In this document: positions 11,916 to 24,870 of the stretch, piece by piece | How the letters are laid out: each line of letters begins with the position of its first letter | Numbering within the stretch: position 1 is the first letter of the stretch | Source of the DNA: Anaeramoeba ignava BMAN | Lineage: Eukaryota; Protista; Anaeramoebae | Direction of reading: 5' to 3' | Assembly: GCA_028826165.1 (NCBI GenBank) | Contig: JAPDFW010000077.1 | Span: 62,001-126,000, forward strand | DNA length: 64,000 nucleotides | Notes under the pieces: generated by a model | Seen by the model: the letters and a program-made list of their open reading frames with translations, nothing else | Told to the model about the DNA's origin: nothing | The model's database searches: none | Program-made: the position numbers and the translations under genes

Positions 11916-14900
11916 TTAAAAATTAATCAAAGCAAAAGGTCGAAGTAATTCAACATCAGGAACAATATAAAATTGATGAGTACTTTGATAAATATATTTT
12001 CCTTCAATAAAACAAACTTGAGTTAAAAAGATTTGATTAGTTTTATCACAATAACCAACAGAAACATTAGGATTTCTTGCAAAATAAGTTCCTTTTCCAT
12101 GAACATTAACAAGTTGATAATTAGCATCAAATCCTGATTTACAAATAGAATCAACTGCTTTTTGTTTTGTTCCATGAAATCCCCATAAAATTCCTTGAAA
12201 TTTTTTTGATTCACTATTTTTTTGCTCAATATATTTAAATCTTGTTTCCAAAAAATCATTTTCAAGAATTTTGATACTTTTGATTTTTGGAGGTTTAGTT
12301 CCTTCACTTTGAGAATTCCAAATATTTTCAATCATAAGAAACTCTGATTTTGATGCATTTCTTAGTTTATATTTGTGAGGAATTGATTTATAATTATCAT
12401 ATTTTTTTGGATTATCAAAAGAAATTTTATTTTGATTTTTTGGACCACATCTATGTTGAAATTTGCAGTTTAAATTATTACAAATCCCATTTTTTTCAAA
12501 TTCTCCACAATTTTCTCTTTCACTTTTTGTTATTGGGGATTTAATCAAAATTCTTGAATAACTAATTTTTGTTGCAATTGGAATTGCATCTTGATTTTGA
12601 TTTTGATTTTGATTTTGATTTTGTTTTTGATTTTGATTTTGATTTTGAATTTTATCATAATCATCAACTGAATCAAAAGTAAGTTGAATATTTTCAGTTT
12701 CTAATTTTGATAAATGAGTTGAATTTAAAGGATTTGGATGTTGATATTTGCAATTTGGATTTTGACATCCTTTTTCAGTATAAAGATTTGGACAAATAAT
12801 AAATTCAATAGGATGAATTTTTTTACAATTTTTGAAACAATATCCTTTTTCAAAAAAATGCCAACATAATCCATTTTGTTTACAAAATTCTTCTGTTATT
12901 TTTGGTGGATAAATTATATTTTCTGCAATATTTATTATTGGTTTTTGTATGTTTGCTGTTTTTATTCCCATATTATTCATTTGATCAAAAGATTCTTTTT
13001 CAACAATTCCTATTTTGATTTTTTTTATTTGAATAAAGAAGATTAAATTAAATTAAATTAAATTAAATTATTCAAAATTTTTTCTTACCAATTTTTGGAG
13101 GAACTCGAAATGAATATGTATTTGGAGGAATATTTTGGTGTTTATTTTGCTTTTTGGGTTTTTCGTATTGATATTCATAATGATATTGGTTGTTAATGAG
13201 ATCTTCTTTTACCTTTAAATTTGATTTTAATTTTGATTTTAATTTTGATTTTAATTTTGATTTTGGTTTTGATTTTGATTTTGATTTTGATTTTAATTTT
13301 GATTTTGGTTTTGGTTTTGATTTTAATTTTGGTTTTGAATTTGATTTTGATTTTGAATTTGAATTTGATTTTGATTTTAATTTTGATTTTGATTTTGATT
13401 TTGATTTTGAATTTGAATTTGATTTTGAATTTGATTTTGATTTTGATTTTGGTTTTGGTTTTGATTTTGGTTTTGATTTTGATTTTAATTTTGGTTTTGA
13501 ATTTGATTTTGATTTTGATTTTAATTTTGATTTTGATTTTGGTTTTGATTTTGATTCTTCTTTTGGTTTTGGTTTTGATTTTAAATTTGGATTTGATTTT
13601 GAATTTAATTTTGGTTTTGAATTTGATTTTGATTTTGAATTTAATTTTGATTTTGATTTTGAATTTGATTTTGATTTTGTTTTTGATTTTGATTTTGATT
13701 TTGAATTTGATTTTGAATTTGATTTTGATTTTGATTTTGAATTTGATTTTGATCTTGATTCTGATTCTTGTTCTGATTCTTGTTTTGATTGTATTTCTGA
13801 TTGAGTTTCTGATTGTATTTCTGATTGTGTTTCTGATTGAGTTTCTGATTGAGTTTCTGATTGTGTTTCTGATTGTGTTTCTGATTGTGTTTCTGATTGT
13901 GTTTCTGATTGTGTTTCTGATTGTGTTTCTGATTGTGTTTCTGATTGTGTTTCTGATTTTGGTTCTTTTTGTACTATTGATGTTGTTTTTGTTTCTATTA
14001 TTGATTTTTCTTCTATTTTTTGTTTTGATTCTTGTTTTGATTTTGGTTTTGATTCTTGTTCTATTTCTATTTTTGTTTCTGTTTTTTGTTTTGATTTTGA
14101 TTTTGATTTTGGTTTTGATTTTGATTTTGATTCTTGTTTTATTTCTATTTTTGTTTCTGTTTCTGATTTTATTTTTGGTTTTGATTCTTGTTTTGATTTT
14201 GATTTTGAATTTGAATTTGATTTTGATTTTGATTTTGATTTTGATTTTGATTTTGATTTTGATTTTGATTTTGATTTTGATTTTGATTTTGATTTCTCTT
14301 CTATTTTTTGTTTTGATTCTTGTTTTGATTTTGATTCCTCTTCTATTTTTGATTTTGATTTTGGTTTTGATTTTGGTTTTGATTTTGATTTTGATTCTTG
14401 TTTTATTTCTATTTTTGTTTCTGTTTCTGATTTTATTTTTGGTTTTGATTCTTGTTTTGATTTTGATTCCTCTTCTGTTTTTGTTTTTGAATGTGATTTT
14501 GATTTTGATTTTGATTTTGATTTTGAATTTGATTTTGGTTTTGATTTTGATTTTGAATTTGAATTTGATTTTGATTTTGATTTTGATTTTGATTTTGATT
14601 TTGATTTTGATTTCTCTTCTATTTTTTGTTTTGATTCTTGTTTTGATTTTGATTCCTCTTCTGTTTTTGATTTTGATTTTGGTTTTGATTCCTCTTCTGT
14701 TTTTGATTTTATTTTTGGTTTTGATTGTTCTTCTATTTTTGATTTTGATTTTGATTTTGATTTTGGTTTTGAATGTGATTTTGATTTTGATTTTGATTTT
14801 GGTTTTGAATGTGATTTTGTTTTTGTTTTTGAATGTGATTTTGTTTTTGTTTTTGAATGTGATTTTGATTTTGATTCTAATTTTATTTTTGAGTTTGAAT

Positions 14901-14976
14901 CAGTTAATTTTTCTCTCTTTTGTTTCTCTTTTCCTTTTTTATGTTTCTTATTTGAAACTGCTTTTTTTTCACTCAT
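11916..14976 (-). CDS. CCCH x3 + mono-ART, copy 3 (intact, 993 aa); exon 1 14976..13089, intron 13088..13010, exon 2 13009..11916
   Basis: A GTAAG...AAATAG 79-nt phase-1 intron gives FRVPPKI|[15 protein letters not shown]. The spliced length of 2982 nt is a multiple of 3. Confidence 0.92.
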
Positions 14977-15546
14977 TTATAAAGAAAAATAAAATTCAAA
15001 AAATAAAAAATAAAAAATAAAAATCGGAAAAAAAAATAATAAAAGGAGAAAAAAAAAATAATTCCACTTTTTCCTTTTTTCTTTTAAATTCTTTTTTATT
15101 ATTTTTATTCCAAAATCATTTCCAAAAAAAAATGCAATTATCAAAAATCTGAAAATTTGATCTTGATTTATATTTTGAATTTGATTTTGATTTTGATTTA
15201 TATTTTGAATTTAATTTTGATTTAGATCTTGATTTATATTTTGGTTTTGATTTTGATTTTGATTTTGATTTTGATTTTGATTTTGATTTTGATTTTGATT
15301 TTGATTTTGATTTTGATTTTGATTTTGATTTTGATTTTGATTTTGATATTGATTTTGAATTTAATTTTGATTTTGATTTTGATTTTGATTTTGATTTTGA
15401 TTTTTATTTTGATTTTTATTTTGAATTTGATTTTGATTTTGATTTTGAATTTGATTTTGATCTTGATTTTGAATTTAATTTTGAATTTAATTTTGATTTA
15501 TATTTTGATTTTGGTTTTGGTTTTGATTTTGGTATTGATTTTGATT

Positions 15547-18500
15547 TTAAAATTTAATCAAAGCAAAAGGTCTAAGTAATTCAACATCAGGAACAATATA
15601 AAATTGACAACTACTTTCATAAATATATTGACCTTGAATAAAACATAATCTAACCAAAAACATTTGATGAGTATTATCACAATAACCAACAGAAACATTT
15701 GGATTTCTTGCAAAATAAGTTCCTTTTCCATAAGCATTATGAAGTTGAAAATTAACATCAAATCCTGATTTACAAATAGGATCAACTGCATTTTGTTTTG
15801 TTCCATGAAATCCCCATAAAATTCCAAGAAATTGTGGTGATTCGTTGTTTTTTTGATGAATATATTTAAATCTTGTTTCCAAAAAATCATTTTCAAGAAT
15901 TTTGATACTTTGGATTTTTGGAGGTGTTTGCGTTTCACTTTGAACAGTCCAAATATTTTCAATCATAAGTTTCTCTGAATCTGATGGATCTCTTAATGTA
16001 TAATTTTGAGGAATTGATTTATAATTATCATATTTTCCTTTATCACTACTAAAAAGAACATCAGATCTTTTTGGACCACATCTATGTTGATATTTACAGT
16101 TTAATTTATTACAATCTCCATTTTTTTCAAATTCTTCACAATTTTTTCTTTCGGTTTTTCTTATTGAAGATTTAAATAGGATTTTTGAATAACTCATTTT
16201 TTTTACAATTGGAATTGCATCTTGAATTTGATTTTGATTTTGATTTTGATTTTGATTTTGATTTTGATTTTGATTTGGATTTTGATTTTGATTTTGATTT
16301 GGATTTTGATTTTGATTTTGATTTTGATTTGGATTTGGATTTTTATTTGGATTTGGATTTTGATTTGGATTTTGATTTTGATTTTGATTTTGATTTGGAT
16401 TTTGATTTTGATTTGGATCATCATCAATCGAATCAATTGAATCAAAAGTAAGTTGAATATTTTGATTTTCTAATTGAGTTAAATAAGATGAATTTGAAGG
16501 ATTTGGATGTTGATATTTACAATTTGCATCTTGACATCCTTTTTCAGTATAAAGATTTGGACAAATAATAAATTCAATAGGATGAATTTTTTTACAGTTT
16601 TTAAAACAAAATCCTTTTATTAAAAAAATCCCAACATAATCCATTTTGTTTACAAAATTCTTTTGTTATTATTGGTGGATAAATTATATTTTCTCCAGTA
16701 TTTCTTCTTTTTTTTTTTCTTCTATTTGCTTTTTTTATTCCCATATCATTAACTTGATTAAAAGATTCTTTTTCAACAATTCCTATTTTGATTTTTTTTG
16801 AATAAAAAAGATTAAATTAAATTAAATTATTCAAAAAATTTGTTTTTTTTTGTTACCAATTTTTGGTATTTTAATTGGATTTTGGAATTGATTTGGAAAT
16901 TGAAATTGATTTGGATTTTGATTTAGATATTCATTTGGATATTGATTTTGATATTGATTTGGATATTGATTTTGATTTTGATTTTGGAATTGATTTTGGA
17001 ATTGATTTTGTAGTGAATATTCAATTGGAAATTGATTTGAATATATATATTGAGTTTTATTTGAATCTGAATCTGAATATGAATTTGAATATGAATTTGA
17101 ATTTGATTTTGAAGTTGATTTTGAAGATGATTTTGAAGTTGATTTTGAAGTTGATTTAGATTTTGAAGTTGATGTTGATTTTGAAGTTGATTTTGAAGTT
17201 GATTTTGAAGTTGATTTTGAAGTTGATTTTGAAGTTGATTTTGAAGTTGATTTTGATTTTGAAGTTGATTTTGATTTTGATTTTGATTTTGAAGTTGATT
17301 TTGAAGTTGATTTAGTTGATTTTGAAGTTGATTTTTATTTTGATTTTGATTTTGATTTTGATTTTGATTTTGATTTTGATTTTGATTTTGAAGTTGATTT
17401 TGAAGTTGATTTTGAAGTTGATTTTGAAGTTGATTTTTGATTTGATTTTGATTTTGATTTTAAAGTTGATTTTGATTTTGATTTTGATTTTGAAGTTGAT
17501 TTTGATTTTGAAGTTGATTTTGATTTTGATTTAGATTTTGAGTTGATTTTGAAGTTGATTTTGATTTTGAAGTTGATTTTGAAGTTGATTTTGAAGTTGA
17601 TTTTTGAAGTTGATTTAGATTTTGAAGTTGATGTTGATTTTGATTTTGATTTTGATTTTGAAGTTGATTTTGTAGTTGATTTTGAAGTTGATTTTGATTT
17701 TGATTTTGATTTTGATTTTGATTTTGATTTTGATTTTGATTTTGATTTAGATTTTGAAGTTGATGTTGATTTTGAAGTTGATTTTGAAGTTGATTTTGAA
17801 GTTGATTTTGAAGTTGATTTTGATTTTGATTTTGAAGTTGATTTTGATTTTGATTTTGATGTTGATTTTGATTTTGATTTTGAAGTTGATTTTGGAGTTG
17901 ATTTTGGTGTTGATTTTGATGTTGAATTTTTTATTGATTTTTTTATTGATTTTTTTGATGACTTTCTTAATGTTGAATGTGATTTTTGATTTGAATTTGA
18001 TTTCTCATTTGATTTCTCATTTAATTTTTGATTTGAATTTGATTTTGAAGTGTAAGTTAATTCTAATTCTGAATCTGTTGATGATTTCCTTTGTGTTGAA
18101 TTTTTTATTGATTTTTTTGATGATTTTCTTGATTTTGAATGTGATTTTTGATTTGAATTTGATTTCTCATTTAATTTTTGATTTAATTTTTGATTTGAAT
18201 TTGATTTTGATTCTGATTTTTTTGAAGTTAAAGTTGATTTTGATTTTGATTTTGAAATTGATTTTGAATTTGATTTTTGATTTGATTTTTTTGGAGTTAA
18301 AGTTGATTTTGATTTTGATTTTGATTTTGATTCTGATTTTTTTGGAGTTAAAGTTGATTTTGATTTTGATTTTGTTTTTTGATTTGAATTTTGAGTTGAT
18401 TTTGATTTTGATTTTGTTTTTTGATTTGAATTTTGAGTTGATTTTGATTTTGATTTTGTTTTTTGATTTGAATTTTGAGTTGATTTTGATTTTGATTTTG

Positions 18501-18885
18501 TTTTTTGATTTGAATTTTGATTTGAATTTTGATTTGATGATGTTTCTTCTTTTTGATTTGAATTTTGATTTGAATTTTGATTTGATGATGTTTCTTCTTT
18601 TTGATTTGAATTTTGATTTGAATTTTGATTTGATGATGTTTCTTCTTTTTGATTTGAATTTTGATTTGAATTTTGATTTGAATTTTGATTTGATTTTTGA
18701 TTTGATTTTTGATCTGTTGATGTTTCTTCTTTTTGTTTTATTTTTGTTGATTGTTTTGATGATTTTCTTGATGTTGAATTTTTTGTTGTTTTCTTCTTTT
18801 CTATTTTTCCGTTTTTGTTCTTTTTTTTTTTGTTGTTTTTGCTATTTTTATTTTTGTTTTTTTGATTTATTTTTTTTGAATTCAT
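15547..18885 (-). CDS. CCCH x3 + mono-ART, copy 4; exon 1 18885..16857, intron 16856..16783, exon 2 16782..15547; in-frame TAA at 17337..17335 and one extra base at ~16616 (pseudogene or assembly error)
   Basis: Same splice junction (IPKI|G-IVEKESF). Removing one A restores [16 protein letters not shown]. The TAA replaces TCA in an (SK)n run and the frame continues to the donor. Confidence 0.78.
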
Positions 18886-19153
18886 TTCCAGTTAAAAAAA
18901 AAATGAAAAAAATGAAAATTCAAAAAAGGAAAAAAAAAATGAAAAAAAAAGAAAAAGTGGAATTTCTTTTTTTTTTTAAATTTATTCATTTTAAAATTAA
19001 AATTAAAATTAAAATTAAAATTGGAATTTGATTTTGATTTTGATTTTGAAATTGATTTTGATTTTGAAATTGATTTTGATTTTGATTTTGATTTTGATTT
19101 TGAAATTGATTTTGATTTTGAAATTGATTTTGATTTTGAAATTGAAATTGTTG

Positions 19154-22100
19154 TTAAAAATTAATCAAAGCAAAAGGTCGAAGTAATTCAACATCAGGAA
19201 CAATATAAAATTGATGAGTACTTTGATAAATATATTTTCCTTCAATAAAACAAACTTGAGTTAAAAACATTTGATTAGTTTCATCACAATAACCAACAGA
19301 AATATTAGGATTTCTTGCAAAATAAGTTCCTTTTCCATGAAGATTACGATTTTGAAAATTAGCATCAAATCCTGATTTACAAATAGAATCAACTGCATCT
19401 TGTTTTGTTCCATGAAATCCCCATAAAATTCCTTGAAATTGTGTTGATTCACTATTTTTTTGAAGAACATGTTTAAATCTTGTTTCCAAAAAATCATTTT
19501 CAACAATTTTGATACTTTGGATTTTTGGAGTTGATTGTTTTTCACTTTGAACTTTCCAAATATTTTCAATCATAAAATATTCTGCTTCTGTTGGATCTCT
19601 TAATGTATAATTTTGAGGAATTGATTTATAATTATCATATTTTCCTGAATCATCCAAATAATTATTTTTTGGACCACATCTATGTTGATATTTACAGTTT
19701 AAATTATTACAATCTCCATTTTTTTCAAATTCTTTACAATTTTCTCTTTCACTTGTTCTAAATGGAGTTTTAAACAAAAATTTTGAATAACTCATTTTTT
19801 TTGGATTTTGATTTTGATTTTGATTTATATTTTGATTTTGATTTGGATTTTGATTTTGATTTTGATTTTGATCTTGATTTGGATTTATATTTTGATTTTG
19901 ATTTGGATTTTGATTTGGATCATCATCAACTGAATCAATTGAATCAAAAGTAAGTTGAATATTTTCAGTTTCTAATTTTGATAAATGATATGAATTTAAA
20001 GGATTTGGATGTTGATATTTACAATTTGCATCTGTACATCCTTCTGCAGTATAAAGATTTGAGCATATAAGGAATTTATCAGGATGTATTTTTTTACAAG
20101 TTTTAAAACAAAATCCTTTTTCAAAAAAATGCCAACATAATCCATTTTGTTTACAAAATTCTTTTGTTATTATTGGTGGATAAATTATATTTTCTGCAAT
20201 ATTTTCTATTGGTTTTTGAATGTTTGCTTTTTTTATTCCCATATCATTAACTTGATTAAAAGATTCTTTTTCAACAATTCCTATTTTGATTTTTTTTGAA
20301 TAAAAAAGATTAGATTAAATTAAATTATTCAAAAAATTTGTTTTTTTTTTGTTACCAATTTTTGGCATTTTAATTGGATTTGTATTTGTATTTAGATTTT
20401 GAAATTGATTTAGATTTTGATTTAGATATTCATTTGGATATTGATTTTGATATTGATTTTGATTTTGGAATTGATTTGGATATTCATTTTGATAATGATT
20501 TTGATTTTGATTTTGATTTGGAAATTGGGTTTGGGTTGTATATTCAATTGGATACTTATTTGGATCTGAATCCGAATTTGAATTTGAATTTGAATTCGAA
20601 TATGAATTTGAATATGAATATGAATTTGAATTTGAATTTGAAGTTGATTTTGAAGTTGATTTTGATTTTGAAGTTGATTTTGAAGTTGATTTTGAAGTTG
20701 ATTTTGAAGTTGATTTTGAAGTTGATTTTGAAGTTGATTTTGAATTTGATTTTGAAGTTGATTTTGAAGTTGATTTTGAAGTTGATTTTGAAGTTGATTT
20801 TGATTTTGATTTTGATTTTGATTTTGAAGTTGATTTTGAAGTTGATTTTGATGTTGATTTTGATGTTGATATTGATGTTGATTTTGAAGTTGAAGTTGAT
20901 TTTGATTTTGATTTTGAAGTTGATTTTGATTTAGATTTTGATTTTGATTTTGATTTTGAAGTTGAAGTTGATTTTGATTTTGATTTAGAAATTGATTTTG
21001 AAGTTGATTTTGATTTAGAAATTGATTTTGATTTTGAAGTTGATTTTGATTTTGATTTTGATTTTGATTTTGATTTTGATTTTGATTTTGATTTTGAATT
21101 TGAATTTGATTTTGATTTTGAAATTGATTTAGAAATTGATTTTGATCTTGATTTTGATTTTGAAGTTGATTTTGATGTTGATTTTGAAGTTGATTTTGAA
21201 GTTGATTTTGATTTTAATTTTGATTTTGAAGTTGATTTTAATTTTAATTTTGATTTTGAATTTGATTTTGAAGTTGATTTTGAATTTGAATTTAATTTTG
21301 ATTTTGATTTTGATTTTGGTTTTAATTTTGATATTGATTTTGGTTTTGGTTCTATTGATTTTAATTTTAATTTTGATTTTGATTTTGATTTATATTTTGA
21401 TTTTGGTTTTGGTTCTATTGATTTTAATTTTAATTTTGATTTTAATTTTGATTTTGAAGTTGATTTTGGTTCTATTGATTTTAATTTTAATTTTGATTTT
21501 AATTTTGATTTTAATTTTGATTTTGATTTTGGTTTTGATTTTGATTTTGGTTTTGATTTTGATTTTGATCTTGATTTTGGTTTTGATTTTGATTTTGGTT
21601 TTGGTTTTGATTTTGGTTTTGGTTTTGATTTTGATTTTGATTTTGATTTTGGAGTTAATTTTAATTCTGAATCTGTTGATGTTGATTCGGTTTCTGATTC
21701 TATTTTTGGTTTTGGTTTTGATTTTGAATTTGAATTTGAAGTTAATGTTAATTTTGATTTTGATTTTGGTTTTGGTTTTGATTTTGATTTTGATTTTGGT
21801 TTTGATTTTGATTTTGGTTTTGATTTTGAATTTGAATTTGATTTTGAATTTGATTTTGGTTTTGATTTTGGTTTTGATTTTGATTTTGAAGTTAATTCTG
21901 AATCTGTTGATGTTGATTCGGTTTCTGATTCTATTTTTGGTTTTGGTTTTGATTTTGAATTTGATTTTGAAGTTAATTTTGATTTTGATTTTGGTTTTGA
22001 TTTTGATTTTGATTTTGGTTTTAATTTTGATATTGATTTTGAAGTTGATTTTGGAGTTGATTTTGATTTTGATTTTGATTTTGATTTTGATTTTGATTTT

Positions 22101-22210
22101 GATTTTGATTTTGGTTTTGATTTTGATTTTGATTTTTTCTTTTCTTTTTTTTCATTTTTGCTATTTTTGTTGTTTTTATTTTTGGCTTTTTGAATTGATT
22201 TTGAGTTCAT
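19154..22210 (-). CDS. CCCH x3 + mono-ART, copy 5 (intact, 993 aa); exon 1 22210..20356, intron 20355..20281, exon 2 20280..19154
   Basis: Start MNSKSIQK at 22210, junction KMPKI|[15 protein letters not shown], all motifs present, spliced length a multiple of 3. Confidence 0.92.
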
Positions 22211-22696
22211 TCCTAAATATAAAGATAATAAAAAAATAAACAAAAAAAAAATGAAAAAAAAAAAAAGGGAAAAGTGGATTTTTTTTTTTTTTGAGTTTTT
22301 TAAAAAAAATTCCAATAAAAAAAAGGAGAAAAAAAGAATTGAAATTAAAATTAAAATTAAAATTAAAATTGATTTGAAATTAAAATTAAAATTGATTTGA
22401 AATTGATTTGAAATTGAAATTAAAATTGGAATTAAAATTAAAATTGATTTGAAATTAAAATTGGAATTGAAATTGAAATTAAAATTAAAATTGAAATTGG
22501 AATTAAAATTAAAATTGATTTGAAATTGATTTTGAATTGAAATTGAAATTGATATTGATATTGATTTTGAATTGAAATTGAAATTAAAATTGAAATTGAA
22601 ATTGAAATTGAAATTGAAATTGAAATTGAAATTGATATTGAACTTGAATTTGAATTTGATTTGATTTTGATTTTGATTTTGAAATTGATTTTGATT

Positions 22697-24540
22697 TTAA
22701 AAATTAATCAAAGCAAAAGGTCTAAGTAATTCAACATCAGGAACAATATAATATTGATTATCTTTTTGATAAATATATTGACCTTCAATAAAACAAACTT
22801 GAACCAAAAACATTTGATGATTACTATCACAATAACCAACAGAAACATTAGGATTTCTTGCAAAATAAGTTCCTCTTCCAAAAGCGTTACGATTTTGATG
22901 ATTAACATCAAATCCTGATTTACAAATAGGATCAACTGCATCTTGTTTTGTTCCATGAAATCCCCATAAAATTCCAAGAAATTGTGTTGATTCACTGTTT
23001 TTTTGAAGAACATATTTAGATCTTGTTTCCAAAAAATCATTTTCAAGAATTTTGATACTTTGGATTTTTGGAGTTGATTGTTTTTCACTTTGAACTTTCC
23101 AAATATTTTCAATCATAAAATATTCTGCTTCTGTTGGATCTCTTAATGTATAATTTTGAGGAATTGATTTATAATTATCATATTTTCCTTTATCGCTACT
23201 AAAAAGAACATCAGATCTTTTTGGACCACATCTGTGTTGGAATTTGCAGTTTAAATTATTACAATCTCCATTTTTTTCAAATTCTTTACAATTTTCTTTT
23301 TTAGTTTTTCTAAATGGAGCTTTAAAAAAAAATTTTGAATAACTCATTTTTTTTGGATTTTGATTTTGATTTTGATTTTGATTTAAATTTGGATCTTGAT
23401 TTTGATTTTGATTTTGATTTAAATTTGGATCTTGATTTTGATTTGGATTTTGATTTTGATTTTGATTTTGATTTTGATTTAAATTTTGATTTTGATTTTG
23501 ATTTTGATTTTGATTTTGATTTGGATTTAAATTTGGATCTCTATCGTAATCATCAACTGAACCAAAAGTAATTTGTAAATTCACATTTTCTAATTTTGAT
23601 AAATGAGATGAATTTAAAGGATTTGGATGTTGATATTTACAATTTGCATCTGTACATCCTTCTGCAGTATAAAGATTTGAACATATAAGGAATTTATCAG
23701 GATGTATTTTTTTACAAGTTTTAAAACAAAATCCTTTTTTAAAAAAATCCCAACATAATCCATTTTTTTTACAAAATTCTTTTGTTATTATTGGTGGATA
23801 ATGAATATCTTCTGTTTTTTTTATTATTTGGGTTTGCATTATTCCCATATCATTAACTTGATTAAAAGTTTCTTTTTCAACCATTGCTATTTTGATTTTT
23901 TTATATGAATAAAAAAGATTAAATTAAATTAAAATATTCAAAAAATTTGTTTTTTTTTTGTATTACTAATTTTTGGATTTGGATTTGGATTTGGATTTGG
24001 ATTTTGATTTGGATTTAGATTTGGATTTAGATTTAGATTTTTATTTCTCTTTGAATCAGAATCAGAATTTGAATCAGAATCAGAATATGAATATGAAGTT
24101 GATGTTGATGTTGATGTTGATTTTGATGTTGATGTTGATTTTGATGTTGATGTTGATGTTGATTTTGATGTTGATGTTGATTTTGATGTTGATGTTGATG
24201 TTGATGTTGATGTTGATGTTGATGTTGATGTTGATTTTGAAGTTGATTCTGAATCTGTTGATGTTGATTCTGTTTCTGATTCTATTTTTTTGTGTGTTTT
24301 TGATTTTGATTTTTGTTTTGATTGTGTTTTTCTTTTGGATTTTTGTTTTGATTTTGTTTTTCTTTTGTTTTTTGATTTTGATTTGTTTTTTGATTTTGAT
24401 TTTGTTTTTCTTTTTGATTTTTGTATTCCTTCTAATTCTGAATCTGCTGATATTTCTTCTTCTTTTTTTGGTTTTCTTGATTTTAATTTTGCTTTTTTTG
24501 TTTCTTTTCTTGTTTTGTGATGTGATTTTTTTGAACTCAT
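22697..24540 (-). CDS. CCCH x3 + mono-ART, copy 6 (intact, 587 aa); exon 1 24540..23967, intron 23966..23887, exon 2 23886..22697
   Basis: Junction PNPKI|T-MVEKETF; FHGT, GRGTYFA, QYYIVPD. Confidence 0.92.
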
Positions 24541-24870
24541 TGTTAATTAAAAAAATGAAAAAAAAAATGAAAACAAAAAAGGGAAAAAAAATGAAAAGTG
24601 GAATTTCTTTTTTTTTTTAAAATATTATTTTGAAATTAAAATTAAAATTAAAATTGATTTAGATTTTGAAATTGAAATTAAAATTGATTTTCATTTTCAT
24701 TTTGGTTTTGATTTTGATTTTGATTTTGATTTTGATTTTGGTTTTAATTTTGATTTTGATTTTGATTCTGATTTTGATTTTGATTCTGATTTTGATTTTC
24801 GTTTTGATTTTGGTTTTGGTTTTGATTTTGATTTTGATTTTGATTTTAATTTTAATTTCAATAATTGATT

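Noticed and set aside
17335-17337. In-frame TAA suggesting stop-codon reassignment
   Set aside because: TAA terminates many genes here at expected positions; a single TCA>TAA in a repeat is better explained by mutation or error.
22211-22315. ORF-track N-terminal extension of copy 5 (MEFFLKN...FFFFIFFLF) resembling a signal peptide
   Set aside because: Non-ATG start running through the T-rich promoter/Inr; paralogs start at the equivalent of ATG 22210.
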